From contig CAWJWJ010000002.1 in assembly GCA_963846575.1 (NCBI GenBank), positions 1,024,001 to 1,088,000 on the forward strand: a stretch of DNA of 64,000 nucleotides, in the 5' to 3' direction. A model generated the notes under the pieces. It saw only the letters and a program-made list of their open reading frames with translations. It searched no databases and had not been told where the DNA came from. Shown in pieces: positions 31,126 through 41,973 of this stretch; positions within the stretch are counted from its first letter, which is position 1, and every line of letters begins with the position of its first letter. The translations under genes were made by a program, and so were the position numbers. This DNA is from an uncultured Nitrospiraceae bacterium. GTDB lineage: Bacteria > Nitrospirota > Nitrospiria > Nitrospirales > Nitrospiraceae.

Positions 31126-31815
31126 ATGGGGGAGACATCCTGGCAACAGGCATTACCGCGGTATCTTGATCACACCGTGCTGCGACCGGAGGCCACGAAA
31201 GCTGATGTATTGCGGCTCTGCGCAGAGGCGAAAGAGCATGGATTCGTCGTCATTTTCGTTCCGCCCTGTTACGTGGATGAGGCGGTGGGGGCCGTAGCCG
31301 GAACCGAGGTTCAAGTCGGAATTCCCATCGGGTTTCCGCTCGGCGGACATTCAACCCAGGTGAAGGTGGCAGAAGCCCTGGAGGCGGTCGCTCATGGGGC
31401 GAGGGTGCTGGACATGGTCATCAATATCAGCCGCTTGAAATCGGGCGACTACGACCTGGTCCGGAGCGACATGGCCGCTGTGGTTCAGGCGACGCCCGGC
31501 ATCAATCATAAAGTGATTTTGGAGACCTGCCTGCTGACGCGCGAAGAGAAAATCACGGCCTGTCGTTTGGCCGTCGAGGCGGGCATGGATTATGTGAAAA
31601 CCTCCACAGGCTTTAACCGGGCGGGGGCCACCGTGGAGGACGTCCGGTTGATGAAGGAGGCAGTTGCCGGTCGCGCTAAGGTCAAGGCATCGGGCGGGAT
31701 CCGAGATTGGAAGGCGACGCGAGAGTTGCTCGAGGCGGGCGCCGACCGGATCGGAACCAGTGTGAGCCTTACGATAGTGAACCAGTGGGCGGCGCAGCGA
31801 GGAGTAGGCCGGTAA
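31126..31815 (+). CDS. deoC: Deoxyribose-phosphate aldolase
   Basis: DHT.L.P, GFPLG, DMVIN, KVILET, YVKTSTGF, KASGGIR, RIGTS. Confidence 0.96.
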   Translation: MGETSWQQALPRYLDHTVLRPEATKADVLRLCAEAKEHGFVVIFVPPCYVDEAVGAVAGTEVQVGIPIGFPLGGHSTQVKVAEALEAVAHGARVLDMVINISRLKSGDYDLVRSDMAAVVQATPGINHKVILETCLLTREEKITACRLAVEAGMDYVKTSTGFNRAGATVEDVRLMKEAVAGRAKVKASGGIRDWKATRELLEAGADRIGTSVSLTIVNQWAAQRGVGR

Positions 31816-31936
31816 CCGGCGAGGCGGACCGGAAGGTTCTCCCGGACAAATCTGTGTTCCGGCGACAGGCGAATGTAGGTGCGGCGCGGAGGCGTGAATG
31901 TCTTGCTCGTCCCAAGGGATTTGATATAGTGCGCCC

Positions 31937-33091
31937 ATGATGACTCGAATTGTGCTTCTGGTCTTAGATGGTTTCGGTATCGGCGCCTTGCCCGACGCGG
32001 AATCCTACGGCGACGGCGGCTGTAACACACTCCAGCGATTGGCTGCCATTTCCAAAGGGTTGGCCCTGCCGAATCTCGAACAACTCGGTCTGGGACACCT
32101 GGGACAATTTCAGGGCATCCGTCCGATGGTGCAGCCGGATGGCTGCTTCGGCATGCTCGGATTTGCTACCCAGGGGAAGAATTCGCTGTCCGGACATTGG
32201 GAATTGGCCGGCCACATGATTGAAAACGGGGAGCGGCCCTGCGAGACGTTCACGGCCGAGTTGGCGACCGCCCTGGAAGGTGCGTTGGGCCAGAAGACGC
32301 TCGGCAATTGCCGGGCCGTACGCCTGGAGCCGATTGCGGAGTTCGGTGGACCGCATCACAAATCAGGTGCTCCGATCGCCTGGATCGATACGACCGGCAC
32401 CATTTTTCTGGCGGCACATGAGCAGGTGATTCCCGTGGAGGAACTCTATCGCCTGGCGCGTGAAGCCAGAAGGTCGTTGAAGCAACTCGCGCCGATCGTG
32501 CGTATCGTGGCCTGTCCATTTGACGGGCAGCCAGGCGCGTGGATGGCGACGCAGCGGAGGCGGGATTTTGCCGTAGAACCGCCGGGGCTTACGCTGCTCG
32601 ATCATTTGAGCCGGGCCAGTCAGCTCGTGATCGGTGTGGGAAAGGTCGGCGACCTGTTCAGCGGGCGCGGAGTCACGAGGTCCGTGCCGTTGTTTCAGGC
32701 GGATGCGGTCATGGATGAAGTCACGGGGATGTTCAGTAAAGTGCCCCGTGGTTTGATCTATGCCAGCCTGCCGATGATGAGCCCTGATCTCCACACCACG
32801 GTCTCCACCCTGCAGCAATTCGATCGCAGGCTGCGGGATCTTCAGGCATGCCTCAAAGTCGGTGATCTCCTGATCATTACCGGCGACCATGGTTTCGATT
32901 GTGCCAGGCCCGCGCCCGGCCATTCGCGAGAGTACGTCCCCTGTCTTGTGACCGGTCCACGGCTCGCGCGCGGCGTGAATATAGGCGTCCGGCCGACCGC
33001 CGCGGACCTCGGCCAGACGATCGGTGAAGCTCTCGGGGCGACGAGACTGCCCTGGGGCGACAGTTTTCTCGACGCGCTTCGTCCCCGCTAA
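31937..33091 (+). CDS. deoB: Phosphopentomutase-like protein with divergent active site
   Basis: LDGFGIGALPDA..YGD.G.NT, GHWE, RRDF, GKVGDLF, ITGDHG.D, HSREYVP; adjacent to deoC. Confidence 0.8.
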   Translation: MMTRIVLLVLDGFGIGALPDAESYGDGGCNTLQRLAAISKGLALPNLEQLGLGHLGQFQGIRPMVQPDGCFGMLGFATQGKNSLSGHWELAGHMIENGERPCETFTAELATALEGALGQKTLGNCRAVRLEPIAEFGGPHHKSGAPIAWIDTTGTIFLAAHEQVIPVEELYRLAREARRSLKQLAPIVRIVACPFDGQPGAWMATQRRRDFAVEPPGLTLLDHLSRASQLVIGVGKVGDLFSGRGVTRSVPLFQADAVMDEVTGMFSKVPRGLIYASLPMMSPDLHTTVSTLQQFDRRLRDLQACLKVGDLLIITGDHGFDCARPAPGHSREYVPCLVTGPRLARGVNIGVRPTAADLGQTIGEALGATRLPWGDSFLDALRPR

Positions 33092-33112
33092 TATGCGCTT
33101 GAAAGGATTCCT

Positions 33113-33577
33113 TTGTCGGTAGAGGCCACCTTGAAAGCTCTCGGGATCGAACTGCCGGCTGTTCCGAAGCCGGTGGCGAGTTACGTGCCGGCGGTCCTCG
33201 CCGGTGACTTGCTTTACCTCAGCGGTATGTTGCCGTTTCGCGATGGGCAGGTGGTCGTCACGGGAAAGCTCGGTGCCGGTGTCACGGTGGAACGGGGAGC
33301 GGAGGCCGCCCGATTGGCGCTCCTCAATGCCCTGGCCGTCGTGAAGCACGAATTGGGTTCATTGGATCGCGTGCAACGTATCGTGCGTGTGGTGGGTCAC
33401 GTCGCGTCGGCCGCAGGATTTGTGCAGCAGCCCGCGGTGATCAATGGAGCATCGGATCTGCTCGTGCAGATCTTCGGCGAGAGTGGTCGGCATGCGAGAG
33501 TGGCGCTCGGTGCTGCGGAGTTACCGCTGCAAGCCGCGATCGAGCTTGAATTGCTGGTCCAGGTCAAAGCGCATTGA
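33113..33577 (+). CDS. RidA/YjgF family protein
   Basis: P.PVASYVP, SG.LP, NGASDLL..IFG..G.HAR.A.G..LP...IELE; TTG start with AAAGGA RBS. Confidence 0.92.
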   Translation: MSVEATLKALGIELPAVPKPVASYVPAVLAGDLLYLSGMLPFRDGQVVVTGKLGAGVTVERGAEAARLALLNALAVVKHELGSLDRVQRIVRVVGHVASAAGFVQQPAVINGASDLLVQIFGESGRHARVALGAAELPLQAAIELELLVQVKAH

Positions 33578-33619
33578 CACGTTCTTGTTCACCGTTCGGT
33601 TTCCCGTGCACCACTTGCC

Positions 33620-33649
33620 TTGACATCAAAAAAATCCGCTTGTTATAGT
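33620..33649 (+). promoter_or_regulatory. Sigma70-type promoter for the IPT/TIG-YCF48 pair
   Basis: TTGACA-18 nt-TATAGT with extended -10 TG. Confidence 0.65.
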
Positions 33650-33816
33650 TCCACTGCTCGGAAATTGACGTCGCACCCCCCATCCGGCCTTTCTGCCTCA
33701 GTTGCGTGGGGTTTCTGTGCCACGTGCGGGGCGCTTGTCTACCTTGCACTCACGTAAGCCGACCCAGGCCATCAGGCCTGGCATACTCGTTGGTTCTTGT
33801 TAGGGAGTACCATCCC

Positions 33817-35493
33817 ATGAAATCCATCGCAGGTTTGATCATCGGAGCCACGCTTCTCGCGGGACCCTTTCTTTCCAACATTGCCCAGGCCGAGGCGCCG
33901 GCGCTTCATCCTCAGGCTGCCGTGCCTGGCGCGACACTTTCAATCACCGGAAAGGGCTTCGGTCCGTTTAAGTCAACGCGTTACAATCAGGTGTTTTTCC
34001 AGGGGGCGCCGGCGCTGATCCAACGCTGGGATCCTGATCTGATCGAAGTGCGCGTGCCGTCCCAGGCTACCAACGGCCCTGTGGAGGTCGTGATCGGGAA
34101 AAAGCATGTGACAACCGGACCCTTCACCCGCCTACAACCGACGATTCACTCATTGACGCCGGCGGAAGCCGAACCGGGAGCGATTCTGGAAATCAGCGGC
34201 GAACATTTTGGCAATACGGCAGGCCCTCGCGACCCCAATACGATTTTCGGCGTCAATAGCGTGGTGGTCGGCGACGTGACCGTGCGCGTGCGCAAATGGC
34301 GAGACGACAAGATCGAGGTCGAACTCCCGGCCAATGTTCAGACCGGGGAAGTGATGGTTCGTATGGCATCATCTGATCCGCTTGCCGATGGATCCTGTTG
34401 CGCGCCGGTTCAGCAGGTGGTCAGCAATTCGATGCCGGTCAAGGTTCTTGCCTCCGTCCGTGTGGATCCTGTCAGTGGTCCTGTGGGAACCAAGGTGGTC
34501 ATCTTCGGGAAGGGATTTGGCGCGACCAGGAATCCTGAGGATGGGGTTATGTTCGGCGGTCGCCTGGCGACGGTTTCCCAGTGGAAGGATACTGCCATAG
34601 TGGTCCACGTGCCGTTGGATGCGGAGAGCGGTCCAGTCGTGATTAAACGGAATGGCGAGGAGCGGACGGTGGGAACCTACACAGTGCAGACCCCTGTGGC
34701 GACCGGCATCACCCCGGCGGAGGCTCCGATCGGAACCTTGATGAAGATTACCGGCGAGAATTTCGGTTTTTATTCGGAGGCCGGATCGACCCCTTATAAT
34801 TTTCTGGACTTTTCATTGAGTGAAAATACGGTAGAGATCGGTGGCGTGCCGGCCATTGTGTATCGGTGGGGTCATGACCGGATCGACGTCTGGGTACCCT
34901 ACAGCGTGAAAAGTGGACCGGTGGTCGTGAAGCGTGCCGCTAACAAGCCTAAACCTGACGGCACCTGCTGCGCGGAAAAACAGGTGCTTGAGACGGAAGT
35001 GGGCAACTTTACTTTAGTCACTCCCAAGGTCGACTCGTATAGCCCGACAACGGGTGGGCTGGATGACGTCGTCACCATCAAGGGAAGCGGCTTCGGAAAG
35101 TTTCTCAAGACCGCAGAGCCCAGTAAGCTCATCACTGATAGTGTCTACGCGCGGAAGGCTCCGGAGTTGGGCGAAAACGTCTCGCGCACCGAAGTGTTGT
35201 TCAACGGGGTGGGAGCGATTGTGCTCTCATGGACGGATGATGAGATTAAGGTCCGCATCCCGCACCGTAATGTCTACGGGATCGGCAAGCCTGGTGAATT
35301 CAACCCTGATCTTTCTTCCGGGCCTTTGGTGGTCCGTCGAGGGTCGTGGGACCTTCTTCCGGATGGATCCTGCTGTACTCCGAAAAAATGGATCACTCTG
35401 GAGGCGGGGCCGTTTAAGATCCAATCAGTCGGCCTGCCTGATGCGAGTTACTGGCGCAATCCGAAAACTGAAAACACTGACCATCAACAATGA
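33817..35493 (+). CDS. Secreted protein with five IPT/TIG domains
   Basis: Signal peptide ending AQA; five G...I.G..FG...W....I.V..P....G.V.V repeats; AGGGAG RBS. Confidence 0.85.
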   Translation: MKSIAGLIIGATLLAGPFLSNIAQAEAPALHPQAAVPGATLSITGKGFGPFKSTRYNQVFFQGAPALIQRWDPDLIEVRVPSQATNGPVEVVIGKKHVTTGPFTRLQPTIHSLTPAEAEPGAILEISGEHFGNTAGPRDPNTIFGVNSVVVGDVTVRVRKWRDDKIEVELPANVQTGEVMVRMASSDPLADGSCCAPVQQVVSNSMPVKVLASVRVDPVSGPVGTKVVIFGKGFGATRNPEDGVMFGGRLATVSQWKDTAIVVHVPLDAESGPVVIKRNGEERTVGTYTVQTPVATGITPAEAPIGTLMKITGENFGFYSEAGSTPYNFLDFSLSENTVEIGGVPAIVYRWGHDRIDVWVPYSVKSGPVVVKRAANKPKPDGTCCAEKQVLETEVGNFTLVTPKVDSYSPTTGGLDDVVTIKGSGFGKFLKTAEPSKLITDSVYARKAPELGENVSRTEVLFNGVGAIVLSWTDDEIKVRIPHRNVYGIGKPGEFNPDLSSGPLVVRRGSWDLLPDGSCCTPKKWITLEAGPFKIQSVGLPDASYWRNPKTENTDHQQ

Positions 35494-36473
35494 GGCGACG
35501 AATTGTGCCTACCATGTCGCTTGTAGTCTGTCTGTTGGCCGCATTATCCCTCGGTAGCGCGGCAGAGGCTGCATCTCCGGATGCGCAGATCGCGGTGGCC
35601 CTGCAAAAAAGTGGCTCTGAAGCGACGCTCCTGGGGATGTTCTTTCATGATCCTCAACTCGGGTGGGCCGTCGGGTCCGGTGGCACCATTCTCAAGACGA
35701 CCGATGGCGGCCGCAAATGGAAGAAAGTGTCCAGCGGCACGACGGCGTTGTTGACGGCTATCCATTTCCGAGACGCCCGCCGGGGCTGGGTGGTGGGTGC
35801 CAACGGCACGGTGCGTCTGAGTCAGGATGGTGGAGAGACCTGGAGTCCGCTCGTAGTATTTACTCAGGCACCTCTGTACGCGATCACCTTTATCTCTCCC
35901 CTTAAAGGCTGGATGGTCGGCGGAAACGGCACCATTCTCCAGACGACGGATGGCGGAGAAAACTGGGTGGATCAGACCAGTGGGACAAATGCGGCATTAC
36001 ACGCGATCGCATTGACCGACGAGCAGCATGGGGCCATCGTGGGTGCGTTGGGCACGATCCTCAGCACCTCGGATGGCGGGGTGACATGGTTGCCGCAAGT
36101 CAGTCAGAGTTCCGCGACGTTTTTCGACGTGGCCTTTGCAGATAATTCAAACGGCTGGGCGGTGGGGAATGCCGGAGCGTTGTTTCAAACCACCGACGGG
36201 GGAACTCATTGGATTGATCGCACTTTGCCATGCGGCAGGACCTGCAGCCGCCTCACAGACCTGATTCGCGTGCGGTTCACCGATGCGCAGCAGGGCTGGA
36301 TTGTAGGAGAGCATGGCCAGATTCTGAGAACGAGCGATGCCGGATATAACTGGGTCGAAGAAACCAGTCCGGTCAAACGTTCCCTCATGGCCTTGAGTTT
36401 CCCCCGCACGACCGCCGGATGGGCGGCCGGAGAGGGAGGAACTATCATCTCGATCAGCGCGAATCGACGTTAA
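35490..36473 (+). CDS. YCF48-like BNR/Asp-box beta-propeller, secreted
   Basis: About seven repeats of GW.VG..G.IL.T.DGG..W; signal peptide; ATGA overlap with upstream gene. Confidence 0.9.
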   Translation: MRRRIVPTMSLVVCLLAALSLGSAAEAASPDAQIAVALQKSGSEATLLGMFFHDPQLGWAVGSGGTILKTTDGGRKWKKVSSGTTALLTAIHFRDARRGWVVGANGTVRLSQDGGETWSPLVVFTQAPLYAITFISPLKGWMVGGNGTILQTTDGGENWVDQTSGTNAALHAIALTDEQHGAIVGALGTILSTSDGGVTWLPQVSQSSATFFDVAFADNSNGWAVGNAGALFQTTDGGTHWIDRTLPCGRTCSRLTDLIRVRFTDAQQGWIVGEHGQILRTSDAGYNWVEETSPVKRSLMALSFPRTTAGWAAGEGGTIISISANRR

Positions 36474-36496
36474 CGAGTCTGATTCACCCCCGCCTC

Positions 36497-37234
36497 TTAT
36501 CCTAAGCGCCCCAAGCGACTCTGCACGATGCTGAGCGCGGTCACGGCAGCGGTATCCGCACGCAGGATGTGCGGGCCGAGGCTTGCCGCCTGATAGCTCT
36601 TCGCGAAAGCGAGTGCGAGTTCATCCTCCGACCACCCGCCCTCAGGGCCGATCACCAGCGCCAGACTGTCGGAGTGAAGCGAAGGCAGAGGTAGAGTGGC
36701 TAATGCCATGCTTTCCCTGCGTTCGGCGAGAATGATCGAATGGGTAGTGCCCCCCAGCGTAAAAAACCGTTTCGAGTCTAGGGGTTCCAGCACCTGAGGA
36801 GATTGCCACTGTTCGGATTGCTGCGCGGCCTCCGTCGCGATGCGCTGCCAGCGCGAGACCTGCGTCGCAATACGTCCTGGTTGGGGCCGCACGACTCCAT
36901 GCTGAGCGATGAGTGGCAGGATGGTCCGGACGCCCAATTCACTCGCCTTCTGTACGACCCAATCCATGTGATCGCCTTTGAGCAGGGCCTGGGCGAGCAG
37001 CAGCGTCGGACCCTGGTCAATCGGGCCGTCGCGACGGTCGAGTATGCGAGCGGTCATCCGCTGCTGTGTGACTTCTGTCACGTCCACCCGGTACCGTCGC
37101 CGATGTTCGTCCGTGAGCCACAAGCCTTCTCCCGGTTGAACCCGGAGGCTGGCGCGCAAGTGGTGGCAAAGATCCCCGGTGAGTGTGATCTCGGTGCCGT
37201 GAATGGCGGATGAAGAAATGAAAAATGCCGGCAT
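36497..37234 (-). CDS. rsmE: 16S rRNA m3U1498 methyltransferase
   Basis: HHL..SLR, KASELGV, EAAQQS, IGPEGG, SLGP.ILRADTA. Confidence 0.96.
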   Translation of the reverse strand: MPAFFISSSAIHGTEITLTGDLCHHLRASLRVQPGEGLWLTDEHRRRYRVDVTEVTQQRMTARILDRRDGPIDQGPTLLLAQALLKGDHMDWVVQKASELGVRTILPLIAQHGVVRPQPGRIATQVSRWQRIATEAAQQSEQWQSPQVLEPLDSKRFFTLGGTTHSIILAERRESMALATLPLPSLHSDSLALVIGPEGGWSEDELALAFAKSYQAASLGPHILRADTAAVTALSIVQSRLGRLG

Positions 37235-37272
37235 GGTGGTCGGCGAAATGAGGCGGGGGTGATAGGGTCGGT

Positions 37273-38385
37273 CTATTCGAAGAACGTTTTCATCTTGTCC
37301 AGAAATCCTTCGCCCTCAGTGTCTTTGGTATAACCACTTTCTTTCGCGAAATCTTCGATTAGCTCTTTTTGCCGCGCACTGAGCTTCGTGGGAATTTCGA
37401 TCTTCACGTTGAACAGTTGGTCTCCGGTAGACCCACCTTTGAGGCTGGGAAATCCCAGTCCCTTGAGCCGAAGGACTTTGTCCGGCTGGGTGCCGGCGGG
37501 AATTTTCATGAAGGTATTACCCTTCAGAGTCGGCACTTCCACCCGCCCACCAAGAATGGCGGTCACGAGATTGACCGGCAGATCACAGGCGATATCCTGA
37601 CCCTCGCGGCGAAAGAGGGGATGTGGTTTCACCGTGACGGCGACATATAGGTCCCCCTGCGGTCCACCCTGCATTCCGTGCTCACCCTCATTGGCCAGGC
37701 GCAATCTCATGCCTGACTCGATGCCTCCCGGAATTTGCACGGAGAGCATGCGCTCTTTACGGAGGCGTTGGCGACCGCCGCAGACCTGACAGGGTTCCGT
37801 AATGATTTGGCCCACGCCCTCGCATTGACCGCAGGGCCGGCTGACGCTGAAAAAGCCCTGTTGAAAGCGTAACTGCCCTTGGCCTTTACAGGCCGGGCAC
37901 ATCTTAATCGCGGTGGCCGACTTCGCGCCCGTGCCTTTACAGTCGGAACAGGTTTCCCATCGCGGAATCTTGAGTTTGGCTTCCTTGCCGAACACGGATT
38001 CTTCGAAGGTAAGCTCGAGGTTGTACTGCAGGTCATTGCCGCGTTCGGCCCGTGCCCGTCCGCGAGGCTGGCCGAAGAAATCCTCGAAAATATCGTTGAA
38101 GATGTCGCCGAAGCCACCCTGGCTACCAAAATCAAAACCCTCCGCTCCTTGCGGACCACCCGCGTGGCCGAAGGCATCATACCGGCGACGCTTCTCCTGG
38201 TCGCTGATAACCTCATACGCCTCGTTGATTTCCTTGAACTTTTCCTCGGCTGTTTTCTTATGTTCAGGGGAAGCGTGGAGATCTGGATGGTGCTGGCGGG
38301 CGAGTTTACGGAATGCCTTCTTAATTTCCTCGTCGGAGGCGGTCCGTTCAATGCCGAGAGTTTCGTAGTAGTCGCGCTTAGCCAC
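37273..38385 (-). CDS. dnaJ: Chaperone DnaJ
   Basis: RDYYE.LG, HPD motif, four CxxCxGxG-type zinc motifs; start GTG 38385 or 38415. Confidence 0.98.
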   Translation of the reverse strand: MAKRDYYETLGIERTASDEEIKKAFRKLARQHHPDLHASPEHKKTAEEKFKEINEAYEVISDQEKRRRYDAFGHAGGPQGAEGFDFGSQGGFGDIFNDIFEDFFGQPRGRARAERGNDLQYNLELTFEESVFGKEAKLKIPRWETCSDCKGTGAKSATAIKMCPACKGQGQLRFQQGFFSVSRPCGQCEGVGQIITEPCQVCGGRQRLRKERMLSVQIPGGIESGMRLRLANEGEHGMQGGPQGDLYVAVTVKPHPLFRREGQDIACDLPVNLVTAILGGRVEVPTLKGNTFMKIPAGTQPDKVLRLKGLGFPSLKGGSTGDQLFNVKIEIPTKLSARQKELIEDFAKESGYTKDTEGEGFLDKMKTFFE

Positions 38386-38468
38386 GGGAGATATATCCGG
38401 TCTATTGTGCGACACGACCGGGTCTCACAGTTACGTGAAACCCGGTCGCCTGCACAATTACGAGAAGG

Positions 38469-40397
38469 TTACTTCTTATCCTTATCCACTTCTTCGAATT
38501 CCGCATCCACGACTTTTTCATCGGTCTTGGCCTGCGAACCATCGCCGTCTCCGGCAGAAGCGGTCGCATCCGGCCCGGCACCGGCTGAGGCGGAGGCTTT
38601 CTTATACATCTCTTCGGCCAACTTGTGAGAAGCCGCCGTCAAGGTTTGTGTCGCCGTCTCGATTGTACCCGGATCATCGCCTTCCATCGCCTTACGCAAA
38701 CCGGCGATCGCTTCGGTGATCTTGGTTTTATCGTCCTCAGTGATCTTATCGCCGTGCTCGCTCAGGTTTTTCTCGGTCGTATAGAGCAACGAGTCAGCCT
38801 GGTTGCGGGCCTCGGCCACACGACGTCGTTTCTTGTCATCCTCCGTGTGGGACTGGGCGTCCTTGACCAGCTTATCCACTTCTTCCTTGCTGAGGCCGCT
38901 GGAGGCCGTGATTTTAATCGACTGTTCCTTCTGCGTGGCCAGGTCTTTCGCCGCGACATGGACGATACCATTGGCGTCGATGTCGAAGGAGACTTCCACC
39001 TGAGGCATCCCGCGCGGGGCCGGTGGAATGCCGACGAGATCGAATTGTCCCAGCAACTTATTGTCATTGGCCATTTCCCGTTCGCCCTGGAAAACCCGGA
39101 TGGTCACGGCCGTCTGATTATCGGCGGCGGTTGAGAACACCTGGCTCTTCTTGGTGGGGATCGTGGTATTCCGCTCGATCAGCTTGGTGAAGACACCGCC
39201 GAGTGTTTCGATGCCGAGGGACAGCGGCGTGACGTCCAACAGCAGGACATCTTTCACTTCACCCTTCAGTACGCCGCCCTGCACGCCTGCTCCAATGGCG
39301 ACTACTTCGTCAGGGTTCACACCGCGATGCGGTTCTCTGCCGAAAAAGTCCTTCACGACCTGGATGACTTTCGGCATCCGCGTCATACCGCCGACCAGGA
39401 CCACCTCTTGAATGTCCTTGGCGGTCACGCCCGCATCGGCCAGCGCCTTGCGGCAGGGCTCGATTGTGCGCTGAATCAAATCGTCGACGAGTTGCTCCAG
39501 TTTGGCGCGGGTCAACTTGAGCACCATATGTTTGGGACCGCTGGCATCCGCTGTGATGAAAGGCAGATTGATTTCGCTTTCCTGTGAAGAAGAGAGCTCA
39601 ATCTTGGCTCGCTCGGCTGCCTCCTTGAGGCGCTGTAGCGCCATGCGGTCCTTCCGCAAGTCGATTCCCTGATCTTTCTTGAATTCTTCGACCAGCCAAT
39701 CCATCACGCGCTGATCGAAGTCATCGCCGCCGAGATAGGTGTCGCCATTGGTGGACTTCACCTCAAACACACCCTCACCGATCTCGAGAACGGAGACGTC
39801 GAAGGTACCGCCGCCAAGGTCATAGACGGCAATGCGCTCGTCTTTTTTCTTATCGAGTCCGTAGGCGAGGGAGGCTGCCGTCGGTTCGTTGATGATGCGA
39901 AGCACGTTCAAACCGGCAATCTGTCCCGCGTCTTTCGTCGCTTGGCGTTGGCTGTCGTCGAAGTAGGCGGGGACGGTGACTACGGCTTCGGTGACCTTTT
40001 CGCCGAGGTAATCTTCGGCCGTCTGCCGCATCTTCTGCAGAATCATGGCGGACACTTCCGGCGGGCTGTAGCGTTTCCCCCGCAGTTCCACGTGCGCGTC
40101 GCCGTTGTCCGCTTCCACCACTTTGTACGGGAGCCGTTTCATGGCTTCCTGCACCTGAGGGCTCCGGAATTTTCGTCCCATGAGCCGCTTGACGGAGAAA
40201 ATGGTGTTATCGGGATTGGTAATGGCTTGCCGCTTGGCAATTTGCCCTACCAGGCGCTCGTTCTTATCGGTAATGCCGACCACGGATGGGGTGGTTCGGC
40301 TACCTTCCGCGTTGGCGATGACGACCGGGTCTCCACCGCTCATAATGGCGACGCAGGAGTTCGTCGTACCGAGGTCGATTCCAATAACTTTGCCCAT
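38469..40397 (-). CDS. dnaK: Chaperone DnaK (Hsp70)
   Basis: [36 protein letters not shown]. Confidence 0.99.
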   Translation of the reverse strand: MGKVIGIDLGTTNSCVAIMSGGDPVVIANAEGSRTTPSVVGITDKNERLVGQIAKRQAITNPDNTIFSVKRLMGRKFRSPQVQEAMKRLPYKVVEADNGDAHVELRGKRYSPPEVSAMILQKMRQTAEDYLGEKVTEAVVTVPAYFDDSQRQATKDAGQIAGLNVLRIINEPTAASLAYGLDKKKDERIAVYDLGGGTFDVSVLEIGEGVFEVKSTNGDTYLGGDDFDQRVMDWLVEEFKKDQGIDLRKDRMALQRLKEAAERAKIELSSSQESEINLPFITADASGPKHMVLKLTRAKLEQLVDDLIQRTIEPCRKALADAGVTAKDIQEVVLVGGMTRMPKVIQVVKDFFGREPHRGVNPDEVVAIGAGVQGGVLKGEVKDVLLLDVTPLSLGIETLGGVFTKLIERNTTIPTKKSQVFSTAADNQTAVTIRVFQGEREMANDNKLLGQFDLVGIPPAPRGMPQVEVSFDIDANGIVHVAAKDLATQKEQSIKITASSGLSKEEVDKLVKDAQSHTEDDKKRRRVAEARNQADSLLYTTEKNLSEHGDKITEDDKTKITEAIAGLRKAMEGDDPGTIETATQTLTAASHKLAEEMYKKASASAGAGPDATASAGDGDGSQAKTDEKVVDAEFEEVDKDKK

Positions 40398-40483
40398 GGG
40401 GTGACTCCTTCGCAAAAGATATCAATATGTGAACGTGTCAGCTGTGTTTGTGACCCTCGTCGGGCATGCGTGCCGCTGGATCG

Positions 40484-41041
40484 CTAGTTTGGCGCTCCCG
40501 TTGAAACGGTCACCATCGCGGCCCTGAGGATGCGATCTTGAAGGAGATAACCTTTTTGATACTCCTCCACGACATGGTTCTCCGGGACGGTATCCGACGG
40601 AACCTGGGCGACCGCCTGCTGGGTAGCGGGATTGAAAACCTGGCCGACACTCTCGACTGCTGTGACGCCGAATTTGTTGAGCGCGCCCACTAGTTGTTTG
40701 AGCGTCAACTCTACGCCTTGTGTTAGCGCCTCCACGGCCCCGGTTCCTTTGGACGACTTAATGGCGCGCTCAAGGTTATCCACCACCGGCAGGAGTTCCT
40801 TGAGAATCTGTTCATTGCCGAATTTGATCTGATCGCGTTGGTCCCGCTGGGCCAGCCGTTTATAGTTGTCGAATTCGGCCGCGAGCCGCAAATATTTCTC
40901 ATTCAGAGACTTACACTCCTCGGCTTTTGCATCGAGCGAGTGCTGGAGTTCGACGGTCTCCAAAGTGGATTCTTCCACCGGACCGTCGAAACTTCCTTCT
41001 AAGTTATCGATACTGTGTGTCTTATTGTCGTCTTCGGCCAT
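40484..41041 (-). CDS. grpE: Nucleotide exchange factor GrpE
   Basis: LRLAAEFDNYKR, LPVVDNLERA, QKGY.L.DR.LR.AMV.V. Confidence 0.97.
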   Translation of the reverse strand: MAEDDNKTHSIDNLEGSFDGPVEESTLETVELQHSLDAKAEECKSLNEKYLRLAAEFDNYKRLAQRDQRDQIKFGNEQILKELLPVVDNLERAIKSSKGTGAVEALTQGVELTLKQLVGALNKFGVTAVESVGQVFNPATQQAVAQVPSDTVPENHVVEEYQKGYLLQDRILRAAMVTVSTGAPN

Positions 41042-41168
41042 AGTTCACCTACACTGGGGAGTGAGATAGCCACGTAGGAAACGAAGTCAACCGGGAAGGT
41101 GAAGAATTCATCGTTTTTTCCGATCGGTATAAGGGATCAGGAGGGGACGGGCGAGGAAGGATGATCAC

Positions 41169-41939
41169 CTAGGTCAGGCGGTGACGCCGGTACAACAGCT
41201 CCAATCCTTCCAAAGTGAGGAATGGACGGACTTCGCGAATGGATTCCGTTTCCTGAGCAATGATCGAGGCGAGCCCGCCGGTCGCGATGACGGTGGTGGA
41301 ATGTCCCAACTCCCGTTCCATGCGACGGACGATCCCGTCCACCAGGCCCACATATCCGAAGAGAAGGCCGCTCTGGATCCCTCCAATGGTATCGGTGCCG
41401 ATAACGGTTTTGGGTCGGATGATCTCCACCTTGGGCAGCTTGGCGGTTCGGGAAAAGAGTGCGTCGGCTGAGATACCGAGGCCTGGTGCGATGACCCCGC
41501 CGAGATATTCGGCGGATCTCGTGACGGCGCAAAAGGTCGTGGCGGTTCCGAAGTCGACGATGATCAGGTCACACTGATAACGCGCATAGGCTGCGGCGGC
41601 ATTGACGATGCGATCACTCCCGATTTCTTTGGGATTGGCGTACCGCATGATCAGCCCGGAGTCGATATCGGGGCCCACCGTGACCGGAATGTGATGAAAG
41701 TAGGTCTGTACCATGCATTCGAACGTGGCGGTCAGCGCGGGTACGACGCTGGATAGAATGCAGCCGGTGATCTGAGCCGGGACGAACCCGGCGTTCTGAA
41801 GCAAGTTCAACAGCAGAATGCCGTACTCATTGTCGGTTCGCCGTGATTCGGTGGCCAACCGCCAGTGACCGCGCAAGGTGGAACCTTCAAACAGGCCCCA
41901 GACCACATTGGTATTGCCGATGTCGATTGCCAATAGCAT
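41169..41939 (-). CDS. coaX: Type III pantothenate kinase
   Basis: IDIGNTN, SSVVP, GSDR, DFGTATT, ATGG. Confidence 0.96.
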   Translation of the reverse strand: MLLAIDIGNTNVVWGLFEGSTLRGHWRLATESRRTDNEYGILLLNLLQNAGFVPAQITGCILSSVVPALTATFECMVQTYFHHIPVTVGPDIDSGLIMRYANPKEIGSDRIVNAAAAYARYQCDLIIVDFGTATTFCAVTRSAEYLGGVIAPGLGISADALFSRTAKLPKVEIIRPKTVIGTDTIGGIQSGLLFGYVGLVDGIVRRMERELGHSTTVIATGGLASIIAQETESIREVRPFLTLEGLELLYRRHRLT

Positions 41940-41973
41940 AGGTTTTTACTCTAGCGCAGTCGGGTGGGAAAAT

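Noticed and set aside
41042..41168. CIRCE element or hrcA upstream of grpE-dnaK
   Set aside because: No TTAGCACTC-N9-GAGTGCTAA and no hrcA ORF seen.
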